Part shown: positions 21,901-36,052 of the stretch, piece by piece
Position numbering within the stretch: position 1 is the stretch's first letter
Layout: the number at the start of each line of letters is the position of its first letter
NCBI GenBank assembly: GCA_043228905.1
Contig: JBHGNT010000002.1
Location: 23,436,001-23,500,000 of the forward strand
Source: Azolla caroliniana
Taxonomy: Eukaryota; Plantae; Polypodiophyta
Direction: 5' to 3'
Length of the DNA stretch: 64,000 nt
Notes under the pieces: generated by a model
Told to the model about the DNA's origin: nothing
Databases searched by the model: none
Seen by the model: the letters and a program-made list of their open reading frames with translations, nothing else
Position numbers and translations under genes: made by a program

Positions 21901-24900
21901 AAGCATGGGTAACAAGATCAGAACCAGAGTTCTTGGGAGAGGAAAAGGTGGCATACACACACTCCTACACATACTTCACATGGCCTAGTTTCCCTTTACA
22001 GGAGGCTGCTTGTGCCTGACTTTCTTGTGGATGTGTAGCCCTTGCTGGTCTGGAAAGACAATATGCACATTTGCAGTTCCAAGAGCCACAAACTAAACTG
22101 TGGCTATGTGATACACTTGTGACACCAACTTTTCTCTATGGAGTAGAAACGTTGGAATCGATTCTTAACAAGGCAAATAATTGGAAAGATTTAGAGAGAC
22201 CTTTAGTCCCAATGATTTCCCGCATAAGGAACAAAGCATTGGTGCCCCACGATATAATTGGATTTGAGATGGGAGGAGCCCTATAATCATTGAGGCATTA
22301 TTCCGAAATGAAGGTACTCAAGGTTGCCACTTAAATCATCAAAATAACTTGCTGAACACATAGACATTCATTGTTGGTATGCTGAAATCCAACAATGGTT
22401 CAAGTCATGTGGCATAAACATAAATGCACTACCCACATTCCAATATAGCTTGAATTGTCCCTATTTAAACATAACCACAGTGGAAAAAAATAGGTTGATC
22501 AAAATTGATATTATCAACCTGGATAAGGAAGAACATGGATCAGCCCCACAACATTTATTTGTAGGAAGATAGCCCATTATAAACCACATTTTTTACACAC
22601 ATCAGAGGATGGATTCATCATCAGGCCTCTTGTATGCACAAAAATCTATCCTATGCATTGCCATGTGTGATAGGGAAACTGCAAACCTCTTCGCAGCTGT
22701 TAGAGATTGAGGTAAGCAGATATGCACACATACCTCTAGAAGAAAGAATTTGCTAATGTTTTATCAAGGAGTAGGATCTGAAGAACACTATGTATGTCAT
22801 TGAATAAGAGGGAGTTTACCATTGCTTCTTTAAGCAAGCATTTGGCCCACTACATAAGGTGTATGAGGACCAACAATGCCTGGGCTGTTCTTACTAGAAC
22901 TCAAGAGATATTGGGAGAAGTTGGACAACAATACAACCACACAAGCTCATCAACAAAGAAGAATCACAAATTTGATTAGCCCCATCACTCCTACTCATGC
23001 TACAAGCCAATCATCAGCTACACAAGTGGGTGCTTGACTTGGACATATCAAGGGGGTCACAATAACTAGTAAAATTTTTTTATGTGTGTAGGCCCTGGCC
23101 TCATAGTCCATGATCTCACTACCCTTGTCATCAATAGATAGGCCATTGTCTCTTCCCATAGCAAGTGCTTTGGATCAACCTAGCTACAGATCTTTCGAAA
23201 ACAAAAATTCCAATCTATCTGACTTTAGAATCTCGTATATATCAATAACAAGATTCATTAGTCATGTTTTATTTTATTACTTATTACTTAGTTACATTTA
23301 TTTTGGTTTGCTCTCAAAGATGAAACAACATTTTAAGATGTAATCTCTGCTTTGTCCTTATTAAGAAGACATTAATATTTCTTTCTTTCTCTTTGTCAAT
23401 GATTGCCCGCATGATAATGTGCAACGAATCGGTGCCCCATGATATAATCCAGGCAGAGATGGGAGCAGCACCTATAATCACCGAGGCATTGTTCCGATCA
23501 GTGACCTATATCCAATGTTTTTGGGAGCTTCCTAAACGAAGGTACAAAAGGTTGGCACTTATGTCATCAAGACAACTTGCTGAAAATAGAGATAGTCATT
23601 GTTGGTATGCTGAAATGCAACAATGGTTCGAGTCACATGGCATAAATATAAGTGCACTACCCCCGTTCCACTATAGCTTGGACTCTCCCCACCGAAATAT
23701 GACCAAAGTGGAAAAGAATAGAGTGATCCTAACTGATATTATTAACTTGGAAAACAAGATAACATGGATTAGCCCCAAGATATCCCTTGGTACAAAGATG
23801 GCCCACTACAAGACACTTTTTACACACATTGGAGGATGGATTCATCATCAAGCTACCTTATATGGACATACATCTATCCTATGCGTTGCGCAGTGTGATA
23901 GTGCAGCTGCAAACTTCGAAGAACACTATGTTTGTCATTGTAGTGTCTTTTATGAAATCAGAGGGAAATACCATTTCCTCTTTAAACAAGGCTTTGGCCC
24001 GCTACGCAAGGTAATGGAATATGAGACCAACAGTGCCCAAGACTTTTCTTGCTAGAACTCAAGAGACGTACGGAAAGGTTGTTGAAGGGCAATAATACAG
24101 CCACACAAGCTCATCCCCAAAGAACAATCACAACTTTCTTTAGCCCCATCACTCCTACTAATGCTACAAGTCAATCGAGGGATACACAAGGGGGTTACAA
24201 TAGATCAGGCAATAGCAATTTGTTGTGCACGTAGGCCCTGCCCCCATGGACCACAACCTCAACATCCTTGCCATCAACAAATGAAAGCCATTATCTCCCA
24301 CCATCACAGGTGCTTCCCTCGCGTCGGAGACCTCTCCATTTTGGATCGACCTATGCAAGAGATCTTTCAAAGTCAAAAGTTATAATATATCTAACTTGAG
24401 AATCTCACATGGGCCATACACCAGATTCTTTCGTCTCTTTTTATCTTATCTACTTTTATATTTACTAAGTAATATTTATTTTATGTTGATTTGTTGTTCT
24501 CAAAGGCGAGACAACACTTAAGGTGTAATCTCTTGTTTCGTCTTATAGGCCATTTTGGCCTCTTAAAAGAGGTTATTAGATCTTTCTTTCTGTGAAAAAT
24601 CAACAGAAATGAAGGAGAAAACATAAAATGTGGCAATATAACCCTTCACTTATTTAGAGTTGGGATTCAACGACTAAACAATATGATAATGGCAAAATGT
24701 TGGTGCTAATACATTCTGATTTTAGTTTTTTTTATATTCTTTGTTTGTGAAATTGAATGCTTGTTTCTACAAGGGGACATGTGTGCATTATGTACATGTT
24801 TGACTAAAAAAGAATGCAAAATTATTTAAGGGATCTTGATGATATGCATCTCTACTGCAGTCGATTGGGAAAGCAGTGGATGTTCAAAGGCAAAAACGGT

Positions 24901-27900
24901 CAGTGGCCTGTTACAAGAACTTAATGAGAGTGTGAAGGCCAAGTTTGTGGAAGAATCACCTGAGACACTTATTGATTCAAACCCAGAGTTTTTCTCCCAA
25001 TTCACACTTGTCATAGCAACTCAGGTAATTTGCATGTAGAAAACCACAAATCTTATATTTTTTCGGTATCATATGAGAAGCTAAAATTTATGTACCTCAT
25101 TTGTGAATATGGGATGCGCGTTCATAGCTAAATGAAGAACATTTGCTCATTCTTGATTCAATCTGCCGGCATCAGAATGTGAAACTTGTAATTGCACGAT
25201 CCTATGGGTTGGCAGGACTTGTCCGTATCAGCATGAAGGTATTTTACATAGAAATAGCCATAATCTCAATAATGTGTGTGTGATAGATAGTCTTTCCAAA
25301 GATGTACTATTCACTGTCAGATGTTTCTGTTATGAGCTTGATCATTAAAGCATAAATAAAAATGCAGGAGCATTGTGTTGTTGAGTCCAAACCAGATAAT
25401 GTTCTGGCAGATTTACGATTGCATAAGCCATGGGGAGAGCTTCAGAGGTATATATTTCATGCATTGATAGATTTGAAGGTAACCTTAAATGCAGTAGGGT
25501 GTTATTATTTATGATTGGGTATTGGTAATCTAAATTTTCCGGTATGGTCTGAATGGCTTTTAGTGTTGTATGCTGATAATAGTAATGATATTATGAGTAT
25601 TATTGCCTTTGCATCATTGACATGGAGGCACGAGGTTTGGATATCCCCACCTGTGCTGCATAATGCTCTCGTTGAATAGCAAGTTCATTTTTATGCCCTC
25701 TTTGTTTAACCTGTGAGTGCATGTATATTACATTTGTACACACGAATGTGTGTGCATTACATTTATATTTATTGCGTGCTTGTGTGTCCATGAAGTATAA
25801 ACAACTACATTATTTTAAATATTTACATAGCAACTTTACAAAACTTTTTTGATCTATGTTAATTCTGTTTCAAAACTCACATAGTTCCTATGAGATCATC
25901 ATTCCGTTTCAAAACTCATGTTTGAACAATGTTTGGCAATACAATGCATGTACATATTTATTTATACATGAGAGTGTCCATGAAGTATAAACAACAATAC
26001 TATTTCAAATATTTACACATCAACAATACTATTTCAATTTTTTTTTCATGTGTATCTGTTCAAAACTCACATAATTCCTACGAGCTTGTCATTCTGTTGC
26101 AAAACTCATGTTTGAAGAATATTTGGCAATTCAATGCATGTACCTATTCATACATGAACACACATATTTATTATTACATTCACATATAGAGACTGTACAT
26201 GCACACAGCACTTGCATATAGGCACATACCTGACAGGCATGTTTCAGACAAGCAGTGCCCTGTCTCCTAGAAGATAGAAAAGAGCTATTCCATTTAATTT
26301 CTAACCACAATGTAGAGGCCAATAATAATGCATATTTGTTACTAGTGAGATCTTCTTAAGTCGTCATATTGTTTACTCCAAATGGAGGCCTAAAGGCATG
26401 GCCATCATATTCTGATTGAGTGGTCACATTATCATATTGAAACATAACCTAATCTTATTTGTTTAATTTGCTTGATTTATTGACAGCTTTGTTGATGAAT
26501 TTGATGTGGACATAGATGACCCTATGATTCACAAGCATATTCCTTTTGCAATTCTTTTGATAAAAGCAAGTGAGCAATGGCGTAATACTCATAATGGAAC
26601 TCTTCCCTCAAAAAGCCAAGAAAAGAAAGAATTTAAGGTGAAGGCTTAAGCATCAATATTTGATTTAACTAGACCTTTTCAGTAGACCTCAAAATACATT
26701 GAACCTCTATTCCTTGCTTACTTTTTGCTTCTTTGGAGGGGGTTTTAGGATTTTCTCTCCTCCAAGCGGCGAGGAGAAGATGAGGAAAATTACAAAGAGG
26801 CTTTATCTTCAGCATATAAAGTTTGGTCTCCACCCACAATAAGTATGTATTCCTGTTTCTGCTAATAGAAAGCAGCCCCTTGTTAATTTCTAGAAGAAAA
26901 AGGACAGAGAAAGATATGGTAACATCTTCAAAAGACTATAATGGCCTAGAGAAAAGAAGTTAGTAAATACTAAGAGGAAGATTTTATAATTTTTCAAATT
27001 TTTTATCAATGGATATTTATGTATTGAAGTTTATGTAGAAACTACTGATGAAGCTATATATAAGTGGCAATGATTGTGCTGGCTACTTCTTGTGCCAAAA
27101 CGTTTAATATTCTTGGCATGTATTATTTAAATTCCACAAGGTTTAATATTAATCATAAAATATAAGTGAACTAGAGTAGTTTATACTCACTGCTCAAAGT
27201 TAATTACAGGCTCAGAGCTTAAACAAGTGTTAGATGATAGTGCTGCTGAAGTAAATTCCATGTCAACAGACTTTTGGGTGATGGTAGCTGCTGTAAAGGT
27301 GATGATAATGAGAAACCTACAATCAGATTCTTAACTTCACTAGGATCTTAATATCTTGGTAATTCTACTTTTCAGGAGTTCATTGCCAATGAAGGTGAGG
27401 GAGACCTACCCCTTGATGGAAGCATTCCAGACATGACATCAACAACCGAGTGAGTAATCAAGTTAAATGATAAGGGCATTGTAGAAACCTCATTTGGCTA
27501 GTATGTATATGGTGGCAATGATAGAAAATCAGCTCTACCTATTTTTTCAATGAGTGACAGATATTATATCACATTGCAAAAGATTTACCAAGAGAAAGCA
27601 GAAGCAGATATTTCTGCTGTGAGCACTCGAGTTAAAGATATTTTGAAGCGGATTGGAAGAGATCCAAACTCAATAAGCAAAGGAGCATTGAAACAATTTT
27701 GTAAAAATGCGCAGAATATACGAGTGAGTTGAGAAGCTTATCATTGATACTTACTCATTGCTGTATAACTTGGGTGGACATGAAACTTATCATGTTTAGT
27801 AATCAGGTTTTTCGATATCCCACTTTGGAAGACGAGTTCAGATCATTGGTTGGTCGAGAATTACTGAAGCATCTAGAAGCAGAGGTGAAGAGGTAATTGA

Positions 27901-30900
27901 TCTTGGTCTTTCCTTAGTTGTTTTCTGAACATGTTGTTTTGATTCAAACTCAATAAACATTTTCTCTGCTGAATCTATGTATATTGAGTAAGAAATGGTG
28001 GAGGCATTGCTGTATGTGTATATGTGAATATTTTGGGAAACAAATATCGTCATCATATGCATATGCACATTTTTGTTAGTTTCCCCTTGTTGGCTCCATA
28101 AAGGAGATTTTCAAATTGTTAAATAATTTGCATTTTCTGGGAGGAAAACATTTATCTTTTATACACAATTCAGCTAAGTTTGTTATGCAATTTATCCCAT
28201 ATTGTGTACAGCCATCTGGTTGTAGTCCCTTCATCATTTTCTCACAACATGAAATCATCATGGTCAGTCCAATATTGAGTTGTTTTCTAAAAGGTGGATT
28301 AACTTTGCTACATGAATGTAAAGATTTGGTACGTATCAATCTATTCAATCAGTGTGCAAGTACATGCCGTCATCATCACCAACTGCAATCTCAATTGTTG
28401 AGATATAAGATGTGGATAGAGGTTGTTTGCCCATGAACTCAATTACGCAGAACACTGTTTGTCCATCATCACTTGGTCATAAAGTGCACCTACAATACGT
28501 GCTCTCTAGCTCTCATATAGCTATATATAATCAATCCTCTTGTGACAACTAAATCCTGTTAAACTTATTGGCTTGGCTGGGAAAAAAACCGTATTAAAGT
28601 GTGTGCTTTATCCCCACCTCTGCACCTTGTTGTGTTTCTTTCAGTCATGATGATTGGCGCATGGATGATGGTTTTCTGTACATGTGATCTACTGTCTCCC
28701 TCTTCATTCCATCTGGAACCTGGGGTGTAGAGTCATGACCTCTCTTCTGATGAGTGCATTGGTTTTGAGGGATGTCTTTCTACATCTTTTCTCTTTCTCC
28801 ATCGTATGTAGTGATAGGTAGTCCATAGAGTTCCTATTTGTGGCTTTGTTGCTGCGACATCCTCCTGAGAGATATTTTTGGGATTGGTCAACCTCTTTAA
28901 GCTTAAATGATGTAAATAATTTGGCTGGAAGTACATCCATCCCATCCTTGACTCACTTTGGTCAAAGGTCTTCATCTAACCTTACTCTCGTCCATTAATG
29001 CATACAGCAGTGCCAGGTGTTCAAACTTGCAGATTGAAATGAATGGTGAATGTTTCTTTTCCATACCTGTAAATAATTGCGTCAAATTTCATATGACCTT
29101 GAGGCTTCTATAACCATGTCTCGTTGGTTAAATAATCAAGCTACTATGTATTGAAATTTTTAGTAGTTGGGTTTACATACATATATCCTTCAAAAAATAC
29201 ATGCTATGTTTTAAGTTACGTCTTTAATAAAATTCCCACTTAACTTTGTTTTTATTCACCGTCTTTCCTGCAATCTACTTGTCATAGTACTTCACACCTT
29301 TCATCCATACATCGTAAATTTATTAAACAGTTTTGAACTCCCGGTACTCCACACTGTAGTCATCCTCTGTTTATACAAACAGGCAGGAATCTAGAGAAGG
29401 GGGATATGTGATACTTTGATTCATCAACTCATAAGCCATATGTACATATATTAAATGGTCAAACATTATTCTGCTTCTCAGGCTTTTCTATAAAGTTAGA
29501 TTATCATTTCTAGTAAATGTTTTGGAACATATCTAGAAAGTTAAGGCACATGCATTTGGTGGTTCTCTATACAACCTTATAGAAGATTATATATTGTATT
29601 AATTTTTTAAGTGTGGATTTTCCATGAATCTAAAAGTGACATGTCTTCTGCGGAAAATGGAGCTGAACATATGATGGGTGGTGAAGCAAAAGGAAAGTGC
29701 AGCCTTCCACGCACGATAGACATGTATGATTGCTCATTTTTGCTCTGTGTGAGATTTGTAATAAGCAGGATGTGTATATAAACTGTCTTATTTTGCCTAG
29801 CGATATTTTCAGTTGTCTTTCAGTCACCGTTTCTGAATTTCAGGAGTTGAGATGTCAGATCACTTAGTTCTTCATAGTTTCATATCTGGGGGTAGGCTTG
29901 TGATTGTCGAATGCCAAGCCTCTTGTCATGTCTAGGAATGCATGTAAATATTCTTATTCACATGTTTTATTGTCTAATTATTCTATTGTCTTTCCTTTTC
30001 ACTTTCATGACTTTTATACCAATAATGAAACTCATTTCAACAAACCAGGTAACGATATTTAAATTTTCTTGCAGCAATGGATCCCTATATGTGCTGTTTC
30101 GTGGAGTAGATCATTTTTTGAGGAAGAACAACCGATACCCAGGTGTTTTTGATGAGTAAGCACTTGATTCACCTAACCTCTATATTATGAGATTCTACTA
30201 AAGCCCATGGTGATGGCCTTTATAAGTTATATTTACAAAAATAAAATGTATAGATGCAAATGTGTCATGGATTTTGAGTCTTAACTTATGTTCACTGTAG
30301 AAGACGATCATATTTTGGCTTTTCACTATTTGCTACCCAATGTTTTCCTCCTAAAAAATGGCTTTATAAACCCATTTCCCACTGCCCAATGGTTTAAAAC
30401 TTGTAAACGGCATACCATATTTTGATTTTGAGTCATTTCTAACTATCACTTCAGTCTTAAAGAATGGATTTACAAATGGCTTGTAAAGGCATTTATATTT
30501 TGCTTTTGACTCATTTCTAACTATAACTTAGTTCTAAAAGAATGGATTTCAAATGCCATATAAACAAAACAATGTGAAGAAGTAATTGACATTAAGATAT
30601 ACTGGTGTAAATGATTCCACTTTTCCAGAGAACTGGAGGAAGATATTGTCAAATTAAAGTCTATTTCATCAACGCTATTATGCAACATGATTGGTGGTGG
30701 TGGAGTGAGCTTGTCAGATGACCTTGTTCGTGAGATGTGTCGTTTTGGAGCTTCAGAAATCCACAATGTAGCTGCAATAATTGGAGGTGTAGCATCTCAG
30801 GAGGCAATCAAGGTATTCAATTCAATGGTATTTGATCTGTATTTGTCACTCTACCTTACAATCGTGAAATGACCTTTTCAGCTAATTACAAGGCAGTTTA

Positions 30901-30974
30901 CACCTCTTCCTGGTGTATTGATCTACAATGGAATTGATTCGACCACATCGATTTTGCATCTTGGCAGTCGTTAG
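18927..30974 (+). CDS. AXR1: NEDD8/RUB-activating enzyme E1 regulatory subunit (AXR1/NAE1/APPBP1); exons 18927-18967, 21172-21344, 24861-25024, 25128-25238, 25368-25447, 26487-26637, 26749-26842, 27210-27298, 27376-27449, 27561-27723, 27807-27892, 30075-30155, 30629-30812, 30882-30974
   Basis: [112 protein letters not shown] junctions keep frame. Confidence 0.95.
21690..23392 (+). mobile_element. Degenerate 5'-truncated non-LTR retrotransposon (RTE/RTEX-like) in AXR1 intron 2, copy 1
   Basis: [18 protein letters not shown] (YADD region), [33 protein letters not shown]; (TTTC)n tail. Confidence 0.8.
23393..24591 (+). mobile_element. Second, shorter copy of the same LINE family, head-to-tail with copy 1
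   Basis: Homologous to ~22210-23392 ([31 protein letters not shown]); ends in TCTTTCTTTCT. Confidence 0.82.
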
Positions 30975-32670
30975 TAAGCTGATGGTGATATTGTTTCCAT
31001 TATGAATGGGTTTTTAGTCCATGATATATGAGTCTGCAGCAACACCATGCTGTATGAAAGAGAAATGTTTATAAATTTGTAATGACAGGATGTGGGTCTG
31101 CTAAGGTTACACTTAACACTGGAATGTGGAAATATTTAACTAATCAACCAAGTTTTTGTTACATGTATCAAATACAGGGAAATTATGAGAAATTGACATA
31201 AATTTTGAGTAATGCATCAGAATCTCTTTATGTTTTTATGTTGGATTGCACAGGAATTTTGAGGTTGTGCCCAAATACTTACATGGTAGCGGAGTGCAAT
31301 TGTTCATGAATTAATGTTATCCACATTTTTATATGTATGCACATATCTATCAACCTGATTGTTCAATTTCCTCCATTGACCAACTTTTGTACATATTAGA
31401 GTTCTGCACATAAAGAATGACTTCAAGAGGCTCAATTAGTTTTAAAATTGCTCCTTATGTCAAGAGCCTACTATCAACGTCGTCGTCTATAGTTTCCATC
31501 CTCCTCCTGTAAGATTGAGCCCGTTTTTAATTCATACCACTCCTTGCTCATTTTTCTTGTCCTCGAGCAATTGGCAATGAAAAGCAATTGTTAATGTTCT
31601 TACACATGCCATTTTGAGTCTCAAATGTGCATTCAACTTTTAGCTCTTTGACGAATAATGATTAAGATTCATATCACACTTTTCATTCTTCTTTGAGAGT
31701 GTAGAGTGCCTCTTCATCCTTTGTTAAATTATCTTTCACCTCTTTGTCCCAACATAAGACTTTTGGATATCCTTTGCTTTGCATTTATTGAATCCTATAA
31801 AAAAACATGCTGAACCATAAAAATGTTTATCATATTTTCAATATGCTTCCAAAGGTTCAACTATTTTGACCTACTGATTGAGATGTTGTCTGTGTTTTCA
31901 ATATGCTTCCTAAGAGTGCTACTATTTTAATCTACCATTTGATAGTTAATTACCACCACTAAAACGACGCTGTTCTCATTCACATCAATACAATAGCTTG
32001 AATTGCAAAAATGTATATTTTTACATTAAAAATATGCATCAAAAGTTTTAACCAAAGTATCAGATGAAAAAGATGTATCTCATCACAACCCCTTGTAAGC
32101 CTAAAGCAAGTGATCAAATTTATGTACATGGATGCAAATACAAAAATTTATAAAATGAACTACAGAACTTATTCATTTGTAACCATAAACCAGTAGATAA
32201 ATGTTAAATCTCAACCACCTCATTTGAAACAAAATAGATCAATTATAGGCATGAAATTATACCCTGTAATAATAGGTCATTAAAACAATGTCGTAAATTT
32301 AAGGCAGCAGTGGTTGGACATAATCAAGTTACCAATATCCAAGAGATTAGGTAGGCCCCATGTTCTACGAATTATTCACATACTACAAAACCCAATTTTT
32401 ATAAAGTGAGAGTAGATGGTTGATGTCTCTCAAATGCCCAAGATCAACATGTGTACGAATCATAAAACAAATGCCCCGTATGAATTATTATGCCCATGGT
32501 AAAAAGCCCAATGTCCATAAAATGAAAGTATCTAGGCTAATCTACCCCTCAAACCAATGTACAAGGATCATAATCAATAAAGACTTCTTAGGAATTATGC
32601 CCATGGGTAAACCCAATTTCTATAAACAATTAATGAAGATAATACATGGACAGATGCATACACAGTCGTT

Positions 32671-35025
32671 TTATACCATCATAATCCCTTTCCCTCTGCC
32701 CTGGCCCCTCCTGACAGGGGTAAGATAGAAGCTCAGCAGCCCATTTTCTAACATAAAACTTGAACCCCTTTTTTTATCTTCTTGCCCATCTTTTTGAATG
32801 GGAGCATTATCTTTGTTAACCAGGTCTTTTTGTGGGTGTGCAACTTTTAAATTGTTTATTTCTCCATCATCATTACTCTTCTTCAGAATAGGACCATAGT
32901 ATGCATTCCATCTTGTTTCATGTTCCATAATACTGTTGAAGTGCCTTAAATGGCTTGCACGATGGGTATTTTCTTTGGCTAGTTCTGGAGAAGATGATAT
33001 AAATTTTCCTTGATCATGTGCATCACCCTTACTTGTCATAATCACATCCCCTTCTTCCCTCACAATTTGTCCTTTGTCATGCTTGGTCTTGAATGCCCAC
33101 TTTGGATTAGAGAAAGTCTTTGTCCAGACTTTGCTCCATAGAGCATTAGAAGTTCGACCATATTGCCGATAATGATGATGATTTCGATCATTGCTAAGCC
33201 TTTCTTGAATGAAGATTTCCGTTGCATCGGATGATCTTGGAGGAGTAGTTTGTGCTAACATGTGTTTCGGAACTTGGAAACCTTTGGTAGACTTTGCTCT
33301 ATTTTTATCGTCTATATGTTGTGGTGCTTTGGACATAGATTTTGATCCGTTTCTCTTGCTTTCAAGAACCTTTCTAGCATCATTCCCTCCTAGTTCACGC
33401 AAACCCTCAGAAACCCTAGCCACCTCACGTAAACCTTCAGTATAGAAATCTATGCCATTGAGCACAGAATCTCCCTCTGAGGATCGAACAACACCATCCC
33501 ATGTGGGTCTAGAAGGTTCCCAAGATGACCTGGGTCGATCAAATGAAGATATACCCCATGCAGAAGAAGAAGGTCTAGGTGCATCCCAAGATTGCCTTGC
33601 ATGTTCCCACCCATTCTGAGGTGTGACCACTGAGCTCTTATAAGATGAGGTATTCATTATAGCTGATTTATCTGGAGGACTTTTCTTCCGCCTTCGAAAG
33701 AGCGATGAAAACCAGGAAGATGATGAAAAAGAAGAATCCTTAGTGGTGCTTTCTGGCACTGGAAAGAGATATTTGGTAGGATCAGCCCTTTCTGAGAAGG
33801 ACCTATGTTGGTATCTCCTCTGCTCATGAACCTGGTTTGCTCTGCATTGTTGAGAACTTTCAGAAACACCGGATGAAAACCCATTTGTATTATTAGACGA
33901 ATTTTGCATACTTTTAACCTCTTCCATATCAGTCCCTCTATCATCGAGAATGAAAAGCGAAGAGAGTGTATTCTTTTTGTGTTTGTGGCTTGACGAGGTT
34001 CGAGAAATTGGAGCTCTGGTATCCTCCATAAACCTAGTTGTATCTATTTGGGGTTCAGTGTTCAGAAGGGCATTTCCTCGAACTGAGCTACGTATATTCG
34101 TGATGTTATCAATAGAGCCCGCTTTGAGATCACCTGAAACCATAGACTTGGTTTTCCCATTGATGGGAGCAACTGAAATTTCACTACAAATTTGTGAATC
34201 CTTGCACATGCCCTCCTTAGCTGAACCATGTTTAACCATTTTAATCGAATCTTTTTCTCTACTTTTGGAGCCAGATTCTATTTGGTTATCATCACATTTG
34301 ACATTATTGAGTGTGGTCAAATCTGACATTTGGGCAGAAGGTAAACTCCTTTTAATACGGTCGATCGAAGCTGAAATGGGTCCTTTGAGCTCAATTGATG
34401 TCGTAGATGCAGTGTTCTCATCAACTGTAAGAAGTGAAATCTCACTATGAATTGGTGCTTTAAGCTCAACTGATATCACAGATCTAGTCTTCTCATCAAT
34501 GGAACCATGCCCATGTTCACTACGAATATGGGGCTGGCTGGAAAAACTCTCTTTTTCATGCTTCACCATTTCCGCTGAAGCTTCTTCACTACTTTTGGAG
34601 CCAAGAATCTCCTCTGATGAATCCACTCCTCTACCTTTGGAGACGATTTCCTCTTCTTCTTGGTTGTTCTTCTCACCTTTCTCACTATCAAATGTGGCCA
34701 CATTTGATCCTTGGGCTTGGGCCGAGGGCAAATTAAGCTTTTTCTGTTCTACTGTAATTGTTTTATTACTATAGCAAATGGCTTCATAAATCACATCCTT
34801 GTAAAGATTCAAATTCTTACCTGTAGGTTCAGGTCCATTATTAGAATCGTTATTGTTATTATTCTGATGATAATTGAGGGAAGTTTCATAGGGAGCTTTT
34901 GATGTTGAAGAAGATCCCCATCCTTTGCTTTCAACATTGGAGAGGCGTTCCGTGAGGCATAATGCACATACACCCACAAGTGGATGAGATGGGTGCTTTC
35001 CACATCTTTGGCCTTTAATATTCAT
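32671..35025 (-). CDS. OCTOPUS-like DUF740 protein, intronless, 784 aa
   Basis: N-terminal C..HP..GVCALCL.ERL; central R.SW(D/E).PR repeats; SWFSSLFRRRKK; C-terminal LENGLLSFYLTP.R, as in the OPS family. Confidence 0.88.
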   Translation of the reverse strand: MNIKGQRCGKHPSHPLVGVCALCLTERLSNVESKGWGSSSTSKAPYETSLNYHQNNNNNDSNNGPEPTGKNLNLYKDVIYEAICYSNKTITVEQKKLNLPSAQAQGSNVATFDSEKGEKNNQEEEEIVSKGRGVDSSEEILGSKSSEEASAEMVKHEKESFSSQPHIRSEHGHGSIDEKTRSVISVELKAPIHSEISLLTVDENTASTTSIELKGPISASIDRIKRSLPSAQMSDLTTLNNVKCDDNQIESGSKSREKDSIKMVKHGSAKEGMCKDSQICSEISVAPINGKTKSMVSGDLKAGSIDNITNIRSSVRGNALLNTEPQIDTTRFMEDTRAPISRTSSSHKHKKNTLSSLFILDDRGTDMEEVKSMQNSSNNTNGFSSGVSESSQQCRANQVHEQRRYQHRSFSERADPTKYLFPVPESTTKDSSFSSSSWFSSLFRRRKKSPPDKSAIMNTSSYKSSVVTPQNGWEHARQSWDAPRPSSSAWGISSFDRPRSSWEPSRPTWDGVVRSSEGDSVLNGIDFYTEGLREVARVSEGLRELGGNDARKVLESKRNGSKSMSKAPQHIDDKNRAKSTKGFQVPKHMLAQTTPPRSSDATEIFIQERLSNDRNHHHYRQYGRTSNALWSKVWTKTFSNPKWAFKTKHDKGQIVREEGDVIMTSKGDAHDQGKFISSSPELAKENTHRASHLRHFNSIMEHETRWNAYYGPILKKSNDDGEINNLKVAHPQKDLVNKDNAPIQKDGQEDKKRGSSFMLENGLLSFYLTPVRRGQGRGKGIMMV

Positions 35026-35391
35026 TCAATCGGAAGCAAAAAAACAAAAGAAAATGCAATTCACGGATTGATTCCTCAAGTTTAACTTTGAATTAGGAAG
35101 CTTTCGTTGGCTTGTCTTGCTTCTGTCGCTTAACAAACGCAAACACAATCCACAGATTGCTTCTTCACCTCCTTGGGGAAAGCAACGACAAGAGCAATTC
35201 ACAGATTAACTAAATCTTTGTTTATCTTCTTTGCAAATGAAAATTCACAGATCGACTGTGACGCTTTGTTTTTCAAGATCCGATGGAAAAAGAAGAAGAT
35301 ACTGTCAAAAAGAAGCAGCTATGCAAAGTTTCTGGTAGTTTTACTGAAGCTCAAAGCTGTTAGTATGGATTTAGAAAATTGCAAATGCAAT

Positions 35392-35760
35392 CTCAGCTAT
35401 GGTGACAGACAAACCTGCAACTGTCTCTACTTTTAAAACCCAAGCTTAAAGTGGCTTTTTAAAGTGGGCAAAGCTCAGCTATGGTGATATACTGCCACTA
35501 TGATGAATGACCCAAAGTTGATTTTCCGTATTCTTCTTCTTCTTAAAGTGTGCAAAAACCAGAAAGCTCAGCTATGGTGAAATTATGCTGCGAATTTCTA
35601 CCACTTTGACGAAGAAGCCAGGTTGAATCTATTTCTTTTCTGTCAATCTCAGAAAGGTTCAGCTATGATCAAATATCGGGAATTCTGGCAATCTGATGAA
35701 GAGCCCAGCGTTGAATTTCCTCTGTCTTCTTCTTTCCAAGCTCAGCTATGGTGAAAGGCC
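35392..35760. repeat. Five ~82-93-bp degenerate units with conserved CTCAGCTATGGTGA, upstream of the OPS-like gene
   Basis: Motif at 35392, 35474, 35567, 35658 (variant) and 35741. Confidence 0.8.
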
Positions 35761-35806
35761 TAACAATTCAGTGGCACTGAAGAAGAACCAAAAGTCAGAT
35801 TTCCTA

Positions 35807-35838
<32 letters not shown>

Positions 35839-36009
35839 CTTCTAAGATCCCAAGTTTCCTTTCCTTCTTTCTTTTGTTCTTGTCCTAAGATCGTAAGTTG
35901 AATTTTCCGCCTTCCTTCTTCTGCGTCTTCTTTTTTCTAAGAAGCTCAGGTTGAATTTCCTCTGTCTTTCTTCTTCTTCGTCTGTTTGAAGAGCTCTTAT
36001 ATACGCATG

Positions 36010-36052
<43 letters not shown>

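Noticed and set aside
28300-29420. Possible TE remnant in AXR1 intron 11 (likewise 41.6-42.1 kb and 62.5-63.3 kb)
   Set aside because: Coding-like composition but no motif I could identify with confidence.
35470-35950. AAGCTCAG similarity to the 5' end of miR390
   Set aside because: Only an 8-9-nt match, with no full mature or star sequence.
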